A stretch of DNA of 64,000 nucleotides from positions 104,594,001-104,658,000 of the forward strand of contig NC_088794.1 of NCBI RefSeq assembly GCF_011386835.1, in the 5' to 3' direction. This document shows positions 61,424 through 64,000 of this stretch, piece by piece. The notes beneath the pieces are model-generated. The model did not search any database. It was not told the DNA's origin and saw only the letters and a list, made by a program, of their open reading frames with translations. This DNA comes from Chrysemys picta bellii (Eukaryota). Each line of letters opens with the position of its first letter. Within the stretch, counting starts at the first letter, position 1. The position numbers and the translations under genes were made by a program.

Positions 61424-64000
61424 TTTTATCATTTTGTATGGGCATGCAGATGGCGTGATGACAGTATTTTTCACATGTTGATTCCAGCCTGGTATTTCTA
61501 TAGTTCGAGTTAAAACTCTAGATTTTTTTCAACAGGGTATTTTGTACCGAACTCAGGGATGTTGTAGGTATTAAGGAAAGTATATAAATGCCTTCTTGTC
61601 CTAAACGCAATAAAATTTATATTGGGTAGGTGCCATAGAAATCACCGTCAAAACGCCCATAGATTTCAGTGGCATCAGGTTCGACCCGTTTTCCAAACAT
61701 TTATGACTAATGCACCATACGATCACACAGGAAATCCAATCTCTATGTAGTTTTACCATCGAAGGGTCTTCTCCTCTGTTTCCTCCGCACCCATTGGGGT
61801 CAATGGGAGCTACGGTTCAGAGATGAATTCCTGACGAGAAAAGGAAGAAACATTCTTCACAGAATATCACGCCTAGCACAGACAAACGTAACATTCTGCT
61901 ACATTCTGCTAGCCCTGAATTGATCCTGACAAAGAACCGAAAATAAACAATGGCTTCTTATGTTTTCTAAACATTTTCATTTTTAACAAAAAAAAATGTT
62001 TTTAAAACGTTTACTTTGTATAATACGCACCTACACCGTTCGTCCAATAGTTTAGGTAATAAATAAGGTTGTTTTTATGTAACCCTTTAAAAAGCAGTAT
62101 GTCTGTATCATTCACAATACAGGCTCTCTATATAATCCTGTTTCAAATATACAAACACACACGTTACGAGGTTGTGTGTGTTTGTGGATCTACTTCTCAG
62201 AAGAAATGCACTATCAAAACATTAATTATATTTGAAAGGGAGACGATTATTTGTCTGAGAAAGAATTACATCCTTGAATGTATATTCCGCACAGATCTCG
62301 TCTCTTGTCTGCAACGAGGGTTGCAATTGTAGATCTGTCTCAAATGCTGTACCCTAAAATGCAGGAAGGTGTATCACATTACAGTTGTAGAGAAAAGGGA
62401 GATATTCCATTTCTTTTACACACATCTGTACGATAGTCGTTAAGGGAATGTTGAAATCGACATGCAGTTGAAACGGGAACATGTTAAGAACATACATTCG
62501 TTTTATTTACTACCGGAAACACGATGATTTTTAACATATAGACACAGGGATGACCCCAGTTAGTTATTAAACACTGTAATTCACAGGGGTTTTGGCCTAC
62601 AAGTCCTGTTTATTTTTTTAAAATGCCAGACTTGACATGCACATATTACTTTAGCTTGTAATTAAAATCTACCAACGGTGTGAATCATCAATGATACTTT
62701 TTAGATTGTAGTTTATTTACTGGGCTTTAAATGATTAATAACCCGATTAAACATATTTCCTCATCTAGCTAAACTTGTGCTGCGAATAATAATGATGATG
62801 ACAACTCCTTTTGAATACTAGCTGTAGCAGGGAATCTTGAAATCCATTCATCTGAGTATATTTTGTTCTGGTCTTTTTCAAGTACTGCTCCATACTCCTG
62901 CTTTTTTAGTTCCTCCGCAACGCCAGGACTGGTAGTCACTGATGAGAGCCCTTAATTCAGATTCAGTGGCTGGATCCTTATTTTCATGTTTGGGGTGACG
63001 GGAGAAGGCGATTTGTCCCTAAAATGTACTAAGTAGTGAGGCCATGGGAGACCTGCTTAGCATCTGGGCCTCAGGAGATGGGTACTTTCCCCCTTCGGAG
63101 TGGTTCCCGGATCATCTTTCTCTGGCTACAGGAAAATGCCAGGGGGGTTAGGGGGCTGAAGAGAGCTCGCCACAGGCGTGAGGCAGACGGAGCAGTGTAG
63201 AGTGCGTTATTGTGTGTGGCTGTTTCTGGGCTGTGTTCTCTACCCCAGTAGGTATCTTTGGAAGAAGAAGGTGACATGAAGAGGCGCGTCTGACAGCCAA
63301 AGTGGGGGAACTGTCCGGGAGAAGGACACGTGATGAATTGAGAGCTGCGTGGTCACGGTGCAAAGGGAGAATAGGACAGTGTGCTGGTACCAAATGCCTT
63401 TTTCCCCCCTGCTTGAACAACACAAAAAATGGGGGGAGGGGAAGAGAGATGGGGGTTGGGAGGGAGAGATCCGTGGAGTTAGTGGCTGTCTAGAGTGTAA
63501 ACACGAACCCATCATCTTCTCGGGAGGAGGGGAGTCTGCTTTTGTCAAACCTGCTAGTGTCTGGAAGATAAAGGCAAAGAGACCACTGGACCAGCCTGAG
63601 ATTCTGCCTTGAAATCTGGACCCGAAATGATTCAAAGGACAAAAAGGGGGAAAATAATCCTAAAATCTCCCAGGCAGGCAGCTGTCCGGGGTTAAAACCG
63701 GTTATTTGTTAATTGCCTTGATATCGTAGAGAGGAAAGGCTGCCACAGAACGCGGGGGGTGGGGGGTGGGGGGAGGTTTCAAATAATATCTGATTCCTCT
63801 GGTAACTTGGTACAAGTCTCAATTTAGCTGCAGCCCAGGCAGCTCTGGAGGTTTAGGGGAGATGTAAATGTTGTAACTTCTCGGATTGCGTGTGACCCTG
63901 AGCGGTACTGCTATGATTTCAATAAACACTTTACAATCGACTAAACTAGCTCCTTCGTCCGTCAGAAAACATCACTTCGAGTCTCGAATAAAATATTGTG

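Noticed and set aside
1-64000. CRISPR arrays, intact tRNA/rRNA genes, or an autonomous transposase/RT gene
   Set aside because: No regularly spaced repeat-spacer units. tRNA-like sequence occurs only as decayed SINE heads, and all RT-like remnants are frameshifted fragments.

Overview
Vertebrate genomic DNA, most likely from a turtle (inferred from the CR1, PIF/Harbinger, hAT, Penelope and Gypsy-type LTR repeat repertoire and a sauropsid-type FOXG1 N-terminus). The only supportable protein-coding gene is single-exon FOXG1 (48046-49446, +, 466 aa), with a CpG-island promoter and a microRNA-site-bearing 3' UTR. The window splits into two domains. About 1-27.7 kb is CpG-depleted and dense in transposons, many with intact TIRs and TSDs. 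About 30-64 kb is AT-rich but CpG-retaining and nearly free of young transposons, as expected for a developmental-gene regulatory domain. Five N-runs lie within about 10 kb of the gene and look like length-preserving masks over conserved elements. Best leads: (1) a two-uORF, ATF4-like FOXG1 leader whose overlapping ORF appears peptide-conserved and may be fed by an alternative first exon; (2) Penelope-derived minimal (dimer-type) hammerhead ribozymes embedded in fold-back insertions; (3) a perfect 41-bp inverted repeat. Repeat family names and all human comparisons come from recall, not from searches, and need verification.
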